Assembly (NCBI GenBank): GCA_963662665.2
Contig: CAXXJS010000040.1
Coordinates: 224,001 to 288,000, forward strand
DNA from: Candidatus Latescibacterota bacterium
Lineage (GTDB): Bacteria; Latescibacterota; UBA2968; GCA-2709665
Reading direction: 5' to 3'
DNA length: 64,000 nt
Below are positions 22,936-33,503 of this stretch, piece by piece. The notes beneath the pieces were generated by a model that was not told where the DNA came from, ran no database searches, and worked only from the letters and a program-made list of their open reading frames with translations. The translations under genes were made by a program, and so were the position numbers. Each line of letters starts with the position of its first letter. Position 1 is the stretch's first letter.

Positions 22936-23117
22936 ATGTCGGCGGCGACGCCTGCTTCCGCGTATGATCGCCGGAAACGGGCGGGGAAAAGCAACTGCGC
23001 ATCACTGGAAGGATCGACGGCCGAACCTGATCACGGATCTGGTGTTCTATCCCCGTTTTCACATTTCCAGGCGCTCCGAACGTGGACAACCCCATATTCA
23101 GCAACGGACAATTCCGG

Positions 23118-23147
23118 TTGACTTTTTTACGTTTTACGCGTTATTAT
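23118..23147 (+). promoter_or_regulatory. putative sigma70 promoter upstream of tRNA-Leu
   Basis: TTGACT-N18-TATTAT. Confidence 0.4.
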
Positions 23148-23230
23148 AGGCGGCGTCTCCGGCGCACCGAACAGGTTGGAAATGATTTTCAGATTGAAAT
23201 CTCGTGGAAATTTAACTTATTGTAATTAAT

Positions 23231-23316
23231 GCGGAAGTGGTGGAATTGGCAGACACGTCAGATTTAGGATCTGGTGGGCAATGCCCGTGGGGGTTCGAAT
23301 CCCCCCTTCCGCACCA
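23231..23316 (+). tRNA. tRNA-Leu (anticodon TAG)
   Basis: GCGGAAG/CTTCCGC acceptor stem, TCAGA-TTTAGGA-TCTGG anticodon arm, long variable arm, GTTCGAATC, encoded CCA. Confidence 0.97.
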
Positions 23317-23494
23317 GCGTTGATGCCGGACGGCGGGCTCCGAAAATCCGGGCCGTGCGCTGAAGTTATTCTGGTGCACGGCTTTCCTCTTGTACATGCG
23401 ATCTTAGGCGAATCCGTCAGCCGGCGCTGTGGTCCCGCGCGCCTCATAACCGAAACCTGTTAGATGCGGGCCCGGGAACCCAACGGGCTGTTAG

Positions 23495-23817
23495 CAGTCC
23501 GTTGAAAAAGTCGCTCTGCAGGCGAGGTATGGTGTCCCGTCCCTGAAATATGTCACCATTCAGCCGCCGATTCATCCCGTCTCGCCGCGTTGCCCTCGCT
23601 CTCCGACCTTGCACAGGTCGTCTCGCTCAGGCGCCTTGCCTGCCGGGCGACTCGGCGGCTGAATTTCGGCAATCTATTTCCGGGACAGAACACTTGCCAT
23701 TGTGGCCGAAGACAAGGCGCGCGACCGCGTCGAATCGGGGATTCGGGGAGGGAGCGCAACGCAGTCATTCGGCCACAAGGGCCGGACGCAGACCGGATGG
23801 ACTTTTTCAACGGGCTG
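23495..23817. mobile_element. MITE with 18-bp terminal inverted repeats (IS5/IS1182-like ends)
   Basis: cagtccgttgaaaaagtc ... gactttttcaacgggctg (17/18 match), TTAG on both sides, no transposase. Confidence 0.75.
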
Positions 23818-23901
23818 TTAGGGCAACTTCTGAATGAATATTCCGTTTTTCGGCAGGCGAGTCAAGCCGAATCCCGGATATATGAACACCGGGGAGCGAT
23901 A

Positions 23902-25176
23902 ATGGAGCAGCTTGCGTTCTTGACCGAGGAGACCGTCCGAGAGATCAGGCGCCGGTTTGGCACGCCCGTCTTCGTCTACGACCAGGAGACATTGGAAGCC
24001 CGCGCCAGGGATCTGTTGGACTTTCCCAATGCGTATGGATTGACCGCCCGGTACGCGATGAAGGCGTTACCCACGGCGGCTGTCGTTAGAATTCTGAACC
24101 GGGCGGGTCTGCACATCGACGCCAGCAGCGGATACGAAGTGGAGCGGGCCATACAGGCGGGCGTACCTCCGGAGCAGGTCCAGCTCACGGCGCAGCGTAC
24201 GCCGCGAAATCTGGAAGCCCTGGTGAGACAGGGCGTCAGATTCAATGCCTGTTCGCTGCAACAACTGCGGAATTTTGGTGAACTGTTTCCGGGTTGTTCA
24301 CTGACCGTACGAATCAACCCCGGTCTCGGTTCGGGTCACAGCAAGAAGACCAACGTGGGTGGTCCATCCGCCAGTTTCGGGATCTGGCACGAATACCTGG
24401 ATGAGGTCCAGGCCATTGCAAAGGCTTGCCGATTGAGGATTACGAGCATGCATACCCACATCGGCTCCGGCAGCGATCCCGAGGTATGGGAACACTGCGC
24501 GATGATATCGCTGCGCATTGCCTCGCTGCTTCCTGAGGTGGAGGTGCTCAGCCTCGGCGGAGGGTTCAAGGTGGGGCGTATGGCTGGGGAAGCGTCTACC
24601 GACCTGAAGCGAATCGGACTGCATGTTCTGGAAGCGTTCCGAGCCTTTGGGAGCGAACGGGGGCGCAGACTTCGGCTCGAGGTGGAGCCGGGTACCTATC
24701 TGGTGGCCAATGCAGGGGCGCTGATCTGTTCCGTTATCGACTGTGTCGATACCGGCAGGAACGGGTACGATTTCCTGAAGGTGGACGCCGGTATGACCGA
24801 ACTATTGCGTATCAGCCTTTACGGCGCACAGCACCCGATCGTGACCGTGCCCGCGCAGCCGGAGACGCGCCGTTTAAGGGAATACCTGATTGCCGGCCAT
24901 TGCTGTGAAAGCGGGGACGTGCTGACGCCCGCGCCTGGCGATCCGGAGGGTTTGCAGCCCCGGCTGCTCGCCGAGGCGAGGATGGGCGATCTGCTTGCGG
25001 TGGGTGGGTCCGGCGCGTACTGTTCCGCGATGGCGTCCAAGAATTACAATTCGTTTCCGGAGGCCGCCGAGGTCTTACAGGCCCGGGACGGCACACTGCA
25101 CCAGATTCGGAAACGACAGACGCTGCATCAGATTACGATAAATGAGGAAATGCCGGATTTTCTGGATCCCGGATAA
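23902..25176 (+). CDS. lysA: diaminopimelate decarboxylase
   Basis: FGTP.FVYD, YAMKA, DASS, HIGSG, EPG, CESGD, GAY, NYN; start MEQLAF after a GGAG RBS. Confidence 0.93.
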   Translation: MEQLAFLTEETVREIRRRFGTPVFVYDQETLEARARDLLDFPNAYGLTARYAMKALPTAAVVRILNRAGLHIDASSGYEVERAIQAGVPPEQVQLTAQRTPRNLEALVRQGVRFNACSLQQLRNFGELFPGCSLTVRINPGLGSGHSKKTNVGGPSASFGIWHEYLDEVQAIAKACRLRITSMHTHIGSGSDPEVWEHCAMISLRIASLLPEVEVLSLGGGFKVGRMAGEASTDLKRIGLHVLEAFRAFGSERGRRLRLEVEPGTYLVANAGALICSVIDCVDTGRNGYDFLKVDAGMTELLRISLYGAQHPIVTVPAQPETRRLREYLIAGHCCESGDVLTPAPGDPEGLQPRLLAEARMGDLLAVGGSGAYCSAMASKNYNSFPEAAEVLQARDGTLHQIRKRQTLHQITINEEMPDFLDPG

Positions 25177-25364
25177 ATGACGCGCCAGCGTGGCAGTGTG
25201 GATGAATTGGACGTCGCGTTGTTCGTGTGCGCCTCGCTCCTCCAGGAAAACTCTGCTCCCTTTCCTCGTCTCACCGTATTGTGGCCAAATCTACATCCAA
25301 CACGGCCGCATTGACCGGGCCCCTCCGGTCGCGAGCGCGTGGAACCCGCTCCCCGAAACCCGGA

Positions 25365-27224
25365 TCATTCTGAGACCCGGTAGCTGTAAAGGTGGGATCC
25401 GCTGCCGAAATAGATGCGGCCATCCAGGATGTCTCCTCCAGGACCCACGGGTACCGGCGATTCCGCGAGCATCCGTATGTCATATGATTTGGGTTCCACA
25501 ACGGCAATGCCCTTCGTGAAGAGGATGTATATGGCGCCGTCCGGCGCCGTGACAAATACCCTGGGGCCCTGCTGCGAGGTCGTGGGACCGAACCCGGACT
25601 CGAGTTCTTGCTGGTGGATCACCCTTCTGTCGTTGGGATCGAAGACGAAAAACCGCTTTCGATCGGCGATGCCGTAGACGACGCCCTGTGGCCCCGAGCA
25701 CATATCGGTATACCCCTGCACACCCGGGAAGACCACCCCGTGCCAGTCGAGTTGCCTGGTTTTCAGGTCCATAATGTAGAGTTCTGCTTCGTCGGCCTTC
25801 TGTTCGCCGCCCGTGCCGGCGCTGGTGGTTGTACCACCCAGAAGCTTGTCGTTGGACAGGGGAACCAGGCTCATCGTGGAAAGGTCGGGCAGGACGTCGG
25901 TATGTTCGAGCAGGGTGTGCTCGCGGGTGTCCCTGTCCCAGAATAGCATGCCGCCACCGGTTAGCCCGTACCCGGGGGTGCCGGCAAGCACCACGGTTTT
26001 TCCGCCCGGATGGGCAAGCAGCATATGGGGTCGGTTGATAACTTCGTGGCATTCGTAAAGCAGTTCCGGATTGCAGCCGGTTTTGCCCCGTTCGGTGGGT
26101 ATCCATGGTTTGGCGGGGTCCCATTCTTCCAGCAGACCGTGCGTATATGCACCTACAAAGAACATGTCGCCCTCTCTCGCGACGGTATTCCACTGCCCCA
26201 GGGCCGGGCGGTTGATCCAGGTGTCGGTGTCCGGATTGAAGCTGAAAAAGTGCATCGGAAAGGCGGTACCCCCGCAGATGGTGTTGTCCGGAGCTGTAGC
26301 AACGCCCATGATGTGGGCGCCTTCGCTGGTGTAGTCGAAGGAAACTTCGCGGGTCTCGCCGGAACCGGGATCCTCGACCGCGAGCGTGCGATCGACCAGG
26401 CTGCAGGCGACCATACGTTTGCCGTCTGGAAATTCGGTGTGGAACAGGCCCTGGCTGCCGGCTATGATGGTTTTTTCGCGCCGGTTCTCAATCTTGCCGA
26501 TATCCGTTCTCGCACCTCGGTACAGTTGCATCCATCCGTCTTCCGAACCGCCGCTAGTGTGACCGTAGACCTTCCCGTTGAGGTCGCGGTACACAGCCGC
26601 GTGAGCCTGGGTTCGTTCGTCTTCGGCCAGGAGGGGCTCGGCGCCGCCGGTATCCGGGTCCAGGGAGATGATCTGGCTGGCCGTGCTGCCAATGCCGAAA
26701 TAGACCCACCCCGTATCGTCAGCGGCGATGGCGCGAGGATACTGCCGCCAGTTCTGGTCGTAAAGGTTACCGTAGTCACGGAATTCCCCGGTGCGCGGGT
26801 TATAGGATGCCACCGCGCTGTTCGGATAGGTTCCCGACCAGATGCGGCCGTCGTCGTCCTCGGTCATGCTCATGGCCATCTGCGGAAGGGTCTTGTGGTG
26901 GAAGGTGAATGCGCGAGCCTCGGGGTCGAATTCCACAAAGTGGCTGTTGAAGTGGGTATAATACCTGTTTCTGCTGGACAGAATGGCTGCAAACGGACCG
27001 TCGCCTCCCGGTGGATAGGGCATGGGAAACTCTTCGCTCTTACCGGTTGCCGCATCGATCATCAGAAGGGCGTACCCACCCCGGTTGTCATAAAGCCAGA
27101 TGAGTACAACGTTGCGGCCCTCGCCGTCTACGGTAACGGCGGTTCCCCGGTGGTTGCTGATGGGCGTCGCGACGCCGTGATGGAAAAAGCCGTTGCCCAA
27201 TTCTTCGGTATTGGAACCAGACAT
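25365..27224 (-). CDS. beta-propeller repeat protein, function unknown
   Basis: Repeated DG.IW.GT / FDP blades; GGAGG RBS. Confidence 0.75.
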   Translation of the reverse strand: MSGSNTEELGNGFFHHGVATPISNHRGTAVTVDGEGRNVVLIWLYDNRGGYALLMIDAATGKSEEFPMPYPPGGDGPFAAILSSRNRYYTHFNSHFVEFDPEARAFTFHHKTLPQMAMSMTEDDDGRIWSGTYPNSAVASYNPRTGEFRDYGNLYDQNWRQYPRAIAADDTGWVYFGIGSTASQIISLDPDTGGAEPLLAEDERTQAHAAVYRDLNGKVYGHTSGGSEDGWMQLYRGARTDIGKIENRREKTIIAGSQGLFHTEFPDGKRMVACSLVDRTLAVEDPGSGETREVSFDYTSEGAHIMGVATAPDNTICGGTAFPMHFFSFNPDTDTWINRPALGQWNTVAREGDMFFVGAYTHGLLEEWDPAKPWIPTERGKTGCNPELLYECHEVINRPHMLLAHPGGKTVVLAGTPGYGLTGGGMLFWDRDTREHTLLEHTDVLPDLSTMSLVPLSNDKLLGGTTTSAGTGGEQKADEAELYIMDLKTRQLDWHGVVFPGVQGYTDMCSGPQGVVYGIADRKRFFVFDPNDRRVIHQQELESGFGPTTSQQGPRVFVTAPDGAIYILFTKGIAVVEPKSYDIRMLAESPVPVGPGGDILDGRIYFGSGSHLYSYRVSE

Positions 27225-27352
27225 GGGATTGCCTCCGTTGGGTTACCGTACGGAATTCGGGAGCCGGCGCCTCGGAAGAGGGGCTGGTCGATTTGAACGA
27301 ATATAATATCCGGGTGGCGGGAGAAAAACCGATTTTGGAGGACGATCCCCAA

Positions 27353-27370
27353 CAGTCCGTTGAAAAAGAC
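27353..27370. repeat. solitary copy of the MITE terminal repeat
   Basis: cagtccgttgaaaaagac matches the left end at 23495. Confidence 0.6.
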
Positions 27371-27449
27371 CATTCGGGCTGCCAAGTCCTGAATAGGGGT
27401 CCGCGTGTACGTTTTCGGGGTTGTGGCGGGGGGCTGCCTGACGGCAAAG

Positions 27450-27594
27450 GGAGGGAGAGGGAATCGAAGGTCTCGTTGACGCTGTCGACCGCGAGGTCGT
27501 GGCCGAAAGGTTTTCCGTTTCCATCGGCGCGTCGGCGCAGGCGTTCCCCATAAAAATCAAGCGCTTCGGTGGGAATCGGCACCGCCGCCGGGTC
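27450..27594 (-). pseudogene. glmE: C-terminal remnant of glutamate mutase E subunit
   Basis: DPAAVPIPTEALDFYGERLRRRADGNGKPFGHDLAVDSV resembles the GlmE C-terminus (VPF..E...YN.ERL..RA..EG, recalled) and sits where glmE is expected. Confidence 0.6.
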
Positions 27595-28975
27595 GGATCT
27601 GTGTGAGCGCGAGCGTTAGCGCGGCTTCAGGATCGGCCGCAGCAAGGAGCCCGCAGGCGTACAGGACGTGATTCCGGTCCAGCAGCAACCGCGGCTTACA
27701 GGGTTTCAGCGAGAACGGATCGACCGCATCCGCGAGGGCCATCTCCAGAATTTCATCCGGCTTTCCGGACGCGGCCAGAACGCCGCCCGTACCCACGACG
27801 GCGCTGACGTCGGTGAGGTCTTTGCCGCGCTGGACGACGACCGGCCCGCCGGTCGTATGAACGGTCTCGACCGATCCGGCATGCCGGCTTACCGCAATGC
27901 GTACCGCGGCGCGGGCAAGGGCGCGGTCGACCATCCGGTCTTCGAAATCGCCAGGCAATCCTGCGACGCACCCGTGTACAGCGCGGACGATTGCTTCCAC
28001 CCGTGTGGCCGGCAGGCCGGCGTCGGTGGCCACGGCCTCCAGACCTGCGGCTTCCAGCACGGATAATGCGTTGTGACGCATTCCAAGGTCGCCCTCCACT
28101 GTACGTTTGGCGTACGGTTCCGGCAACGGGTCGGCCGAAACGCTACCCAGGGTGGACTCCCCCGCGCAAATAGAATGCACATCGGTCGTCGAGCCGCCGA
28201 CGTCCACCGCCACCAGCGTTCCCAGACCCGTTCGTTGACCGTCGCCGTCAGCCAGAAGCCGCGCACCTTCCAGAACGGCTGCCGGCGTGGGCATCAGAAC
28301 CAGATCGAACATCCCGTTCACGCGATCGATTCCTTTAGCGTGGACGAAGTGTTTAATGAAGATTCTTCGGATTTCCTCGCGTGCGGGCTCGATATTCAGT
28401 ACGCCGTATGACGGCATTACGTTCTCGGTTAACGCAACGTGCTTGCCGGCGGCTTTGAGTACATCGTTTATCCTGGCAGCGGCCGCAAGGTTTCCAGCGA
28501 CCACCACCGGGCAGCGAATCGGGAGAGTTGCGAGTGTCAGCGCATTCGCGACAATGACCTCGCTGTTGCCTCCGTCCGTACCGCCTGCCAGCAAAATGAT
28601 ATCCGGATTGAGGCAGGCGATTCTGTCGGCGTCCGCGCGGGTCAACTCATACGCGAACGCGTCAATCAGTTTCGCTCCCGCTCCAAGCGCCGCCTGTCGG
28701 GCCGCTTCGGCGGTCAACTCGCGGACCAGGCCGACCGTAACCAGACGGAGACCGCCAGCGGCGCTGCTGCAGGCCAGTCTGTAGCGGAAACGCGGTGGCT
28801 CGCGCAAGCTTTGGCGCAGAATCCGGAGGGCCTCTTTGAACCCAACCGTTACGTCCGTTTCCACCGTGGAGGGCGCCTGGCCGGAAGCAAGAAGCCGACC
28901 GCTGCTGAGATCGACGGCTCTCAACTTGGTGTAGGTACTGCCGAAATCGATAAGCAGTGCCACCGAGGCGCTCAT
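27557..28975 (-). CDS. glmL: glutamate mutase accessory protein GlmL (MutL of the mutase system)
   Basis: IDFGSTYTK, CSSAAGGL, LAGGTDGGN, MPTPAAV, DVGGSTTDVHS, KRTVEGDLGMR. Confidence 0.92.
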   Translation of the reverse strand: MSASVALLIDFGSTYTKLRAVDLSSGRLLASGQAPSTVETDVTVGFKEALRILRQSLREPPRFRYRLACSSAAGGLRLVTVGLVRELTAEAARQAALGAGAKLIDAFAYELTRADADRIACLNPDIILLAGGTDGGNSEVIVANALTLATLPIRCPVVVAGNLAAAARINDVLKAAGKHVALTENVMPSYGVLNIEPAREEIRRIFIKHFVHAKGIDRVNGMFDLVLMPTPAAVLEGARLLADGDGQRTGLGTLVAVDVGGSTTDVHSICAGESTLGSVSADPLPEPYAKRTVEGDLGMRHNALSVLEAAGLEAVATDAGLPATRVEAIVRAVHGCVAGLPGDFEDRMVDRALARAAVRIAVSRHAGSVETVHTTGGPVVVQRGKDLTDVSAVVGTGGVLAASGKPDEILEMALADAVDPFSLKPCKPRLLLDRNHVLYACGLLAAADPEAALTLALTQIRPGGGADSHRSA

Positions 28976-29421
28976 GGATGGCCTTTGCGAATTGCGCCCG
29001 TGCGCGCCTGGAAGTCCCGTTTGAGTGCGGAGATCACGTCGTCCGGACGCGTTCCGGGAGGAAAGGCCCGGTCGAAACCCATATTGAGAAAGCGGTTTTC
29101 CGCGTTGCACCAGTCCTGATTGCGAACGACCAGGTTGCCGCCGACATAGATCAGAATCTCTCCGACTCCCGCCTCGATACAAATCTCGCGGAAGCCGCGG
29201 CAGTCGAGTTCGGCCTGTCCGCACAGCGAGGAAACCAGGATGCCGTCGGCGTCGGTTTCCACAGCCGCGTTGACGAATTCGAAGGGAGGCGTAAGGGCCC
29301 CCAGCGACACAACGTTGAATCCCGCCTTTTCCAGGGCCGTGCTGAGGACTCGCGTGCCGACAATGTGGCGATCCGATCCAATCACGCCGGTGATCAGTGT
29401 TTTCGATTCATTGGACTGCAT
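28972..29421 (-). CDS. glmS: glutamate (methylaspartate) mutase S subunit, B12-binding
   Basis: DxHxxG (DRHIVG), SSL.G, YVGGNLVV, MGFDRAFPP. Confidence 0.92.
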   Translation of the reverse strand: MQSNESKTLITGVIGSDRHIVGTRVLSTALEKAGFNVVSLGALTPPFEFVNAAVETDADGILVSSLCGQAELDCRGFREICIEAGVGEILIYVGGNLVVRNQDWCNAENRFLNMGFDRAFPPGTRPDDVISALKRDFQARTGAIRKGHP

Positions 29422-29539
29422 CGCGCGTTAAATCTCTGTCAATCGAATCCGGCTGTCAATTGAAACACCAGATACAGGAGCACCTTGATACGATGGTGTG
29501 GCGCAACGGGTTTCGGTGCATAGCCGGCAGGCGCGCCTC

Positions 29540-30736
29540 TCATCCGTAGCGCTGCGCCCATCGACGTACGATGCGGCTCAGGTGCCCGAGGCGGACTCGC
29601 CCCACCTGGGGGTATACGGGAAGGAACAGAAGTTGCGACAGAAGCGCTATGGCGGAGGTCGGCACCTGGCCCGGCAGATTGCGATCGGGCTCGACTACGC
29701 ACAGCGACGGTGGCCACAGATGTGCGTCAAGGCCTGCATCCCAAAGCCGCCGGCACAGGTCTGCAGCGTCACCGACCCTGACGGCGAAGAGCCAGTAGGA
29801 GTGTTTCACGCTACGGCCGGGGTAGCAGAGGAACGGAACGCTGCGATGAAATGCCTGGGCTTCCGGACGGCAGCCCCTGGGCTTGCCGGCATTGGAACGC
29901 ATGCGCCTCGACAACAAATTCAAGAGGGCGCCGCAGGGCTGGCGGCGGATTTTTCTGAGCAATTCCAGTCCTCTGAAACCACGCGTGGCCCGGTAGCTCA
30001 CGGAATCGTGGGACATGCCCAACAGGCGGCACGCGGCGCATAGAAGGGTATATGGCCCCGGCCTGTTGAGCACGAGAACAACGCCGTATTTTGCCAGGCG
30101 CAAGAAGAACCACCCGTTGCTCTGCACGGGATAACTGCTGTGCAGCCGTCTGACGTTTTCACGAAGGACGGGATCGCCCACAAAGAGGAGGCCTCCGCCC
30201 AACGCGGAATTGTACTTGATAGGCCCGAAACTGAACATGCGCACGTCACTGTCCGGATGACCTGTGAAGCCGTCTCCCCGATGCGCCTGGGCGCAGTCTT
30301 CAAACAGCACGAGGCCGTGTCGTTTGGCGAAGCCTACAAGGGGATCCATGGGGATGCGGGCGCCGAACAAATGGGTCGCCAGCAGGGCAACCGTCCTGGG
30401 CGTAAGCCCGCTTTTCAGGCTGGCCGGATCCGGTTCAAGCGTGAGTGGATCCAGGTCAACCGGGACGGGTACGAGTCCGTGGCTCCGGATGATTTCAAGT
30501 ATGTCGGGAATGGTGATGGCGGAGACCAGGATGTGCGAACCACGGGGAAACCGGGCTGCCTGGAGACAGGCATCGAAGCCGCTGCGAAGCGAAAGAAAAA
30601 ACAGGGCCTCGCCGGGGGCGCTGGTGCTTGCCCGGCAGGCAGCGTGACCTTCCGCGCGCCGGTCGCCCAGGAGGCATTGGCCCATGCCGAAGAAGAGATC
30701 GCGCCAGCCGATATCCAGTCTTTTTCGAGGAATCAT
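29540..30736 (-). CDS. DegT/DnrJ/EryC1/StrS family PLP-dependent enzyme
   Basis: THLFG, EDCAQ, SFGPIK, GGG; start taken at MIPRKRLDIG. Confidence 0.85.
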   Translation of the reverse strand: MIPRKRLDIGWRDLFFGMGQCLLGDRRAEGHAACRASTSAPGEALFFLSLRSGFDACLQAARFPRGSHILVSAITIPDILEIIRSHGLVPVPVDLDPLTLEPDPASLKSGLTPRTVALLATHLFGARIPMDPLVGFAKRHGLVLFEDCAQAHRGDGFTGHPDSDVRMFSFGPIKYNSALGGGLLFVGDPVLRENVRRLHSSYPVQSNGWFFLRLAKYGVVLVLNRPGPYTLLCAACRLLGMSHDSVSYRATRGFRGLELLRKIRRQPCGALLNLLSRRMRSNAGKPRGCRPEAQAFHRSVPFLCYPGRSVKHSYWLFAVRVGDAADLCRRLWDAGLDAHLWPPSLCVVEPDRNLPGQVPTSAIALLSQLLFLPVYPQVGRVRLGHLSRIVRRWAQRYG

Positions 30737-31089
30737 GGCCGATTCACTCAACTGCTGGCGCGGGCGGGCACGATCGGCCGATATGGAGGAACTGATTACG
30801 CATTGGGCGAACGTATAGTCGGATCGGGCCCGACCTTCAGGGCTCGAAGAATCGTATTTCCCCAACATCCGTGAACTTACATCATAATTCCCTCCATAAT
30901 ACCTATTTGCCGTAGCATCCTGCAACACATTCGTTGACTTCGAAACTGCGATGCGGGAATGCCGACGGACGTGGACGGCGACGCGGAATGATCGATGGGT
31001 AGCGGACATATCTCCTCGGACGACATTTCTTCGGCAAGCCAGAATCGCAAACGACGTCTCTGGCGGAAATTCCCGTTCAATTCTCGCCT

Positions 31090-31944
31090 TCAGACCGGTT
31101 CCCGGTCAGCTGGCGCCTCGTCCTGATCCGGATGAGCGCGGTGTTCGTGCGAGGCCCCTTCGCGTTTTACCATCTGATTGAACCACCACAATCCTGTGAC
31201 GGCCAGGACGATACCACTTGCAAACAGCCACCACGGGAGAAACACCGGAACATCCCAATTCTCCAATGGTCCGAATAATTCCAGACGTGCTGACGTCATC
31301 GACAGAAAATTGTTCAGCGCGTGACCGAACAACGCGGGCAGCAAGGAACCTGTCTGTACGACCCACCAGGCAAATACAATACCCAATAACAGGGCTGCCG
31401 GAAATTGCCAGGGATTCATGTGTAGCACACCGAACAATACCGCCGACCAAAATATGCCACCACCCTGAGTACGGTGTGTCAACAGGCCGCCGAGAATCAC
31501 ACCTCTGCAGAAAACCTCCTCAGTAAGCGGCGCTTGAATGACCAGGACATAAAACGCAAAGGCATAGGGTGTGCCACGCCCCATCAGATCGCGAAATAAA
31601 TCGAGCATTGCCTCGGAAATCGGAATCAGGTACTGAGTGAAGTTCCCAATGTTGAAATTAACGACGACCAAGCCGATAATGGATAGGGTAACAGGCAGAC
31701 ACATTTTCCAGGGAACGGTCCTGAACAGTACGACTTGCGACAGGGACCGACCGGATCGACGTTGAGCGTACAACACGAACAGCGCGAAAACGGGTAGATT
31801 TGCAACCCAACCCATATAATTGAGAAGTCTCCCAGGTTGCCCCGGGACAGCACCAAGGTGATAGAACACCAGCCCCAATGCGAACGTGACAAGCGGGACC
31901 AGGATCACCAGACAAACGGATTGCTTCAGATTCGGATACACCAT
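31090..31944 (-). CDS. CPBP (Abi/CAAX) intramembrane metalloprotease
   Basis: EEVFCRG, FGVLH.NPWQ, HALNN; GGGAGG RBS. Confidence 0.9.
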   Translation of the reverse strand: MVYPNLKQSVCLVILVPLVTFALGLVFYHLGAVPGQPGRLLNYMGWVANLPVFALFVLYAQRRSGRSLSQVVLFRTVPWKMCLPVTLSIIGLVVVNFNIGNFTQYLIPISEAMLDLFRDLMGRGTPYAFAFYVLVIQAPLTEEVFCRGVILGGLLTHRTQGGGIFWSAVLFGVLHMNPWQFPAALLLGIVFAWWVVQTGSLLPALFGHALNNFLSMTSARLELFGPLENWDVPVFLPWWLFASGIVLAVTGLWWFNQMVKREGASHEHRAHPDQDEAPADREPV

Positions 31945-32020
31945 GTAATCCCTCCCATTTGGACGAGGCAATAGCGGCAAACGGAACGAGCCGGATCCAC
32001 GTCGAGTGTCGACATTGGCG

Positions 32021-32857
32021 TTACGCCGTCAGACAGAGTCCCCCGTCAGCCGCCGTTTCGACCGGCTCGCCTCTGCCTTTTGACACCAAATTGAACCAGC
32101 ACATTCCAACCAGGACCAGAAAAACGCCGCAGACATGCAGCCACCACGGAAGCATCGTCCCTGTGCTGAAATCATCCAGTGATCCAAAAACCTCCAGGTG
32201 CGTGGACGTCACTATCAGAAAATTGTTCAACGCGTGTCCCACAATCGCTGGAAGCAGTGAACCGGACCGGACGACCCACCATGCGAATACGAGCCCCAGT
32301 ATCAGAGCCGTGGGATATCGCCACGGGTGCAGGTGAGATATAGCGAATAGCAACGCAGACCAGACAATGGCCCGATTCCGCGTTCGGTGAGCCAACAGGC
32401 CGCCCAGTATAACGCCTCTGAAGAGGACTTCCTTTACAAGCGGCGCCTGCACCACCATGGCATAAAACGTGAACATGTACGGCGTCTCTCTTCGTGCCGA
32501 CCCCCCGAACAGGTCTTGCACACTTTCGGGCACCGGTATCAGGTGCCGGAACAGATTTCCCAGGTCCGATCCAACAATTGCCAGTCCGACAACGCACACG
32601 CCGAGCGGCAGGTACAGTTGCCACGAAACGGGCTTGAGCAGCAGGATGTCGGACCACGTCCGGTCCGTTCGACGGTATGCGTACATTGCCGTCAAAATGA
32701 AACTGGCCAGTATCAAGAACTGGATTACGTAGGGACTCTTGAACAAGGGCCGGTCGAGAATGGCGCCAAGAACGCCAAACGGCAAGCCTACCACCATGCT
32801 GAACAGGAAAAACAGCACCACCAGCCAGAAGGATTGCTTTAAATTCGGATACGCCAT
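32021..32857 (-). CDS. CPBP family protein with degenerate EExxxR motif (KEVLFRG)
   Basis: FAISH and HALNN retained; first Glu replaced by Lys. Confidence 0.88.
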   Translation of the reverse strand: MAYPNLKQSFWLVVLFFLFSMVVGLPFGVLGAILDRPLFKSPYVIQFLILASFILTAMYAYRRTDRTWSDILLLKPVSWQLYLPLGVCVVGLAIVGSDLGNLFRHLIPVPESVQDLFGGSARRETPYMFTFYAMVVQAPLVKEVLFRGVILGGLLAHRTRNRAIVWSALLFAISHLHPWRYPTALILGLVFAWWVVRSGSLLPAIVGHALNNFLIVTSTHLEVFGSLDDFSTGTMLPWWLHVCGVFLVLVGMCWFNLVSKGRGEPVETAADGGLCLTA

Positions 32858-33217
32858 GAATTCCCTCCCATGTAACGGATGTCAGCACTTCCAACGAACC
32901 ACATGCCGGTGCGGGGGATGACTATTCGTCAATGTCCATTTGAGCGATGCTCACGACAAGACTCTCGCGCCGACCTTCACCGTAGCTGACCCGCGCAATC
33001 ACCGCATTTCCCGTCTTCCGCTGAAAGCAAGACGTGCCCTTTGTTGTCAGATGCCCGGCAATCGCATCGATGGCGAAGTCGTGGTAGTCCGTCCTTCACC
33101 ATCTTATGGCGGACGCGCCTGTAACGAACCGCGGTCTGTTTGCCCTCCCGACCCCGGCAAACCCCTTGCAATGAACGCATGATGAACTCTTTGACGTTGA
33201 ACATCCCGGTTTGGACC

Positions 33218-33232
33218 GCAAATTACAGGCCA
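33218..33232 (-). promoter_or_regulatory. putative sigma54 (-24/-12) promoter upstream of the CPBP pair
   Basis: Minus strand TGGCCTGTAATTTGC; AT-rich tract 33240-33278 and candidate enhancer repeats further upstream. Confidence 0.6.
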
Positions 33233-33503
33233 GGCTTGATATAGTAAATAACTTATTGTATATGAGCTATTTATTTTAAGAGAAGGTGACTCGAAAGCGT
33301 CCCGACGTGTAGCAAAATGCGCCGCGCTGCCTCAAGGACGATGCCGGTAGGCGCACACGGAAGGGCCATGATGTGTCGTTCATGCCTATTTGTAGCATCA
33401 GATTAAAAGGTGGCGAGAGAAAGTGATGTAATCTGCATCGCATGGCGCATCTTGCAGCGTACGGCGCCGTCGCATCAGTTCACCGAACGTCCCTGAGAGG
33501 CAT

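Noticed and set aside
23231-23500. tRNA-Leu as an island attachment site
   Set aside because: No integrase and no duplicated tRNA 3' end seen in the window
23590-23901. N-terminal extension of lysA in the ORF track
   Set aside because: It is a translation of the MITE; the RBS-supported start is 23902
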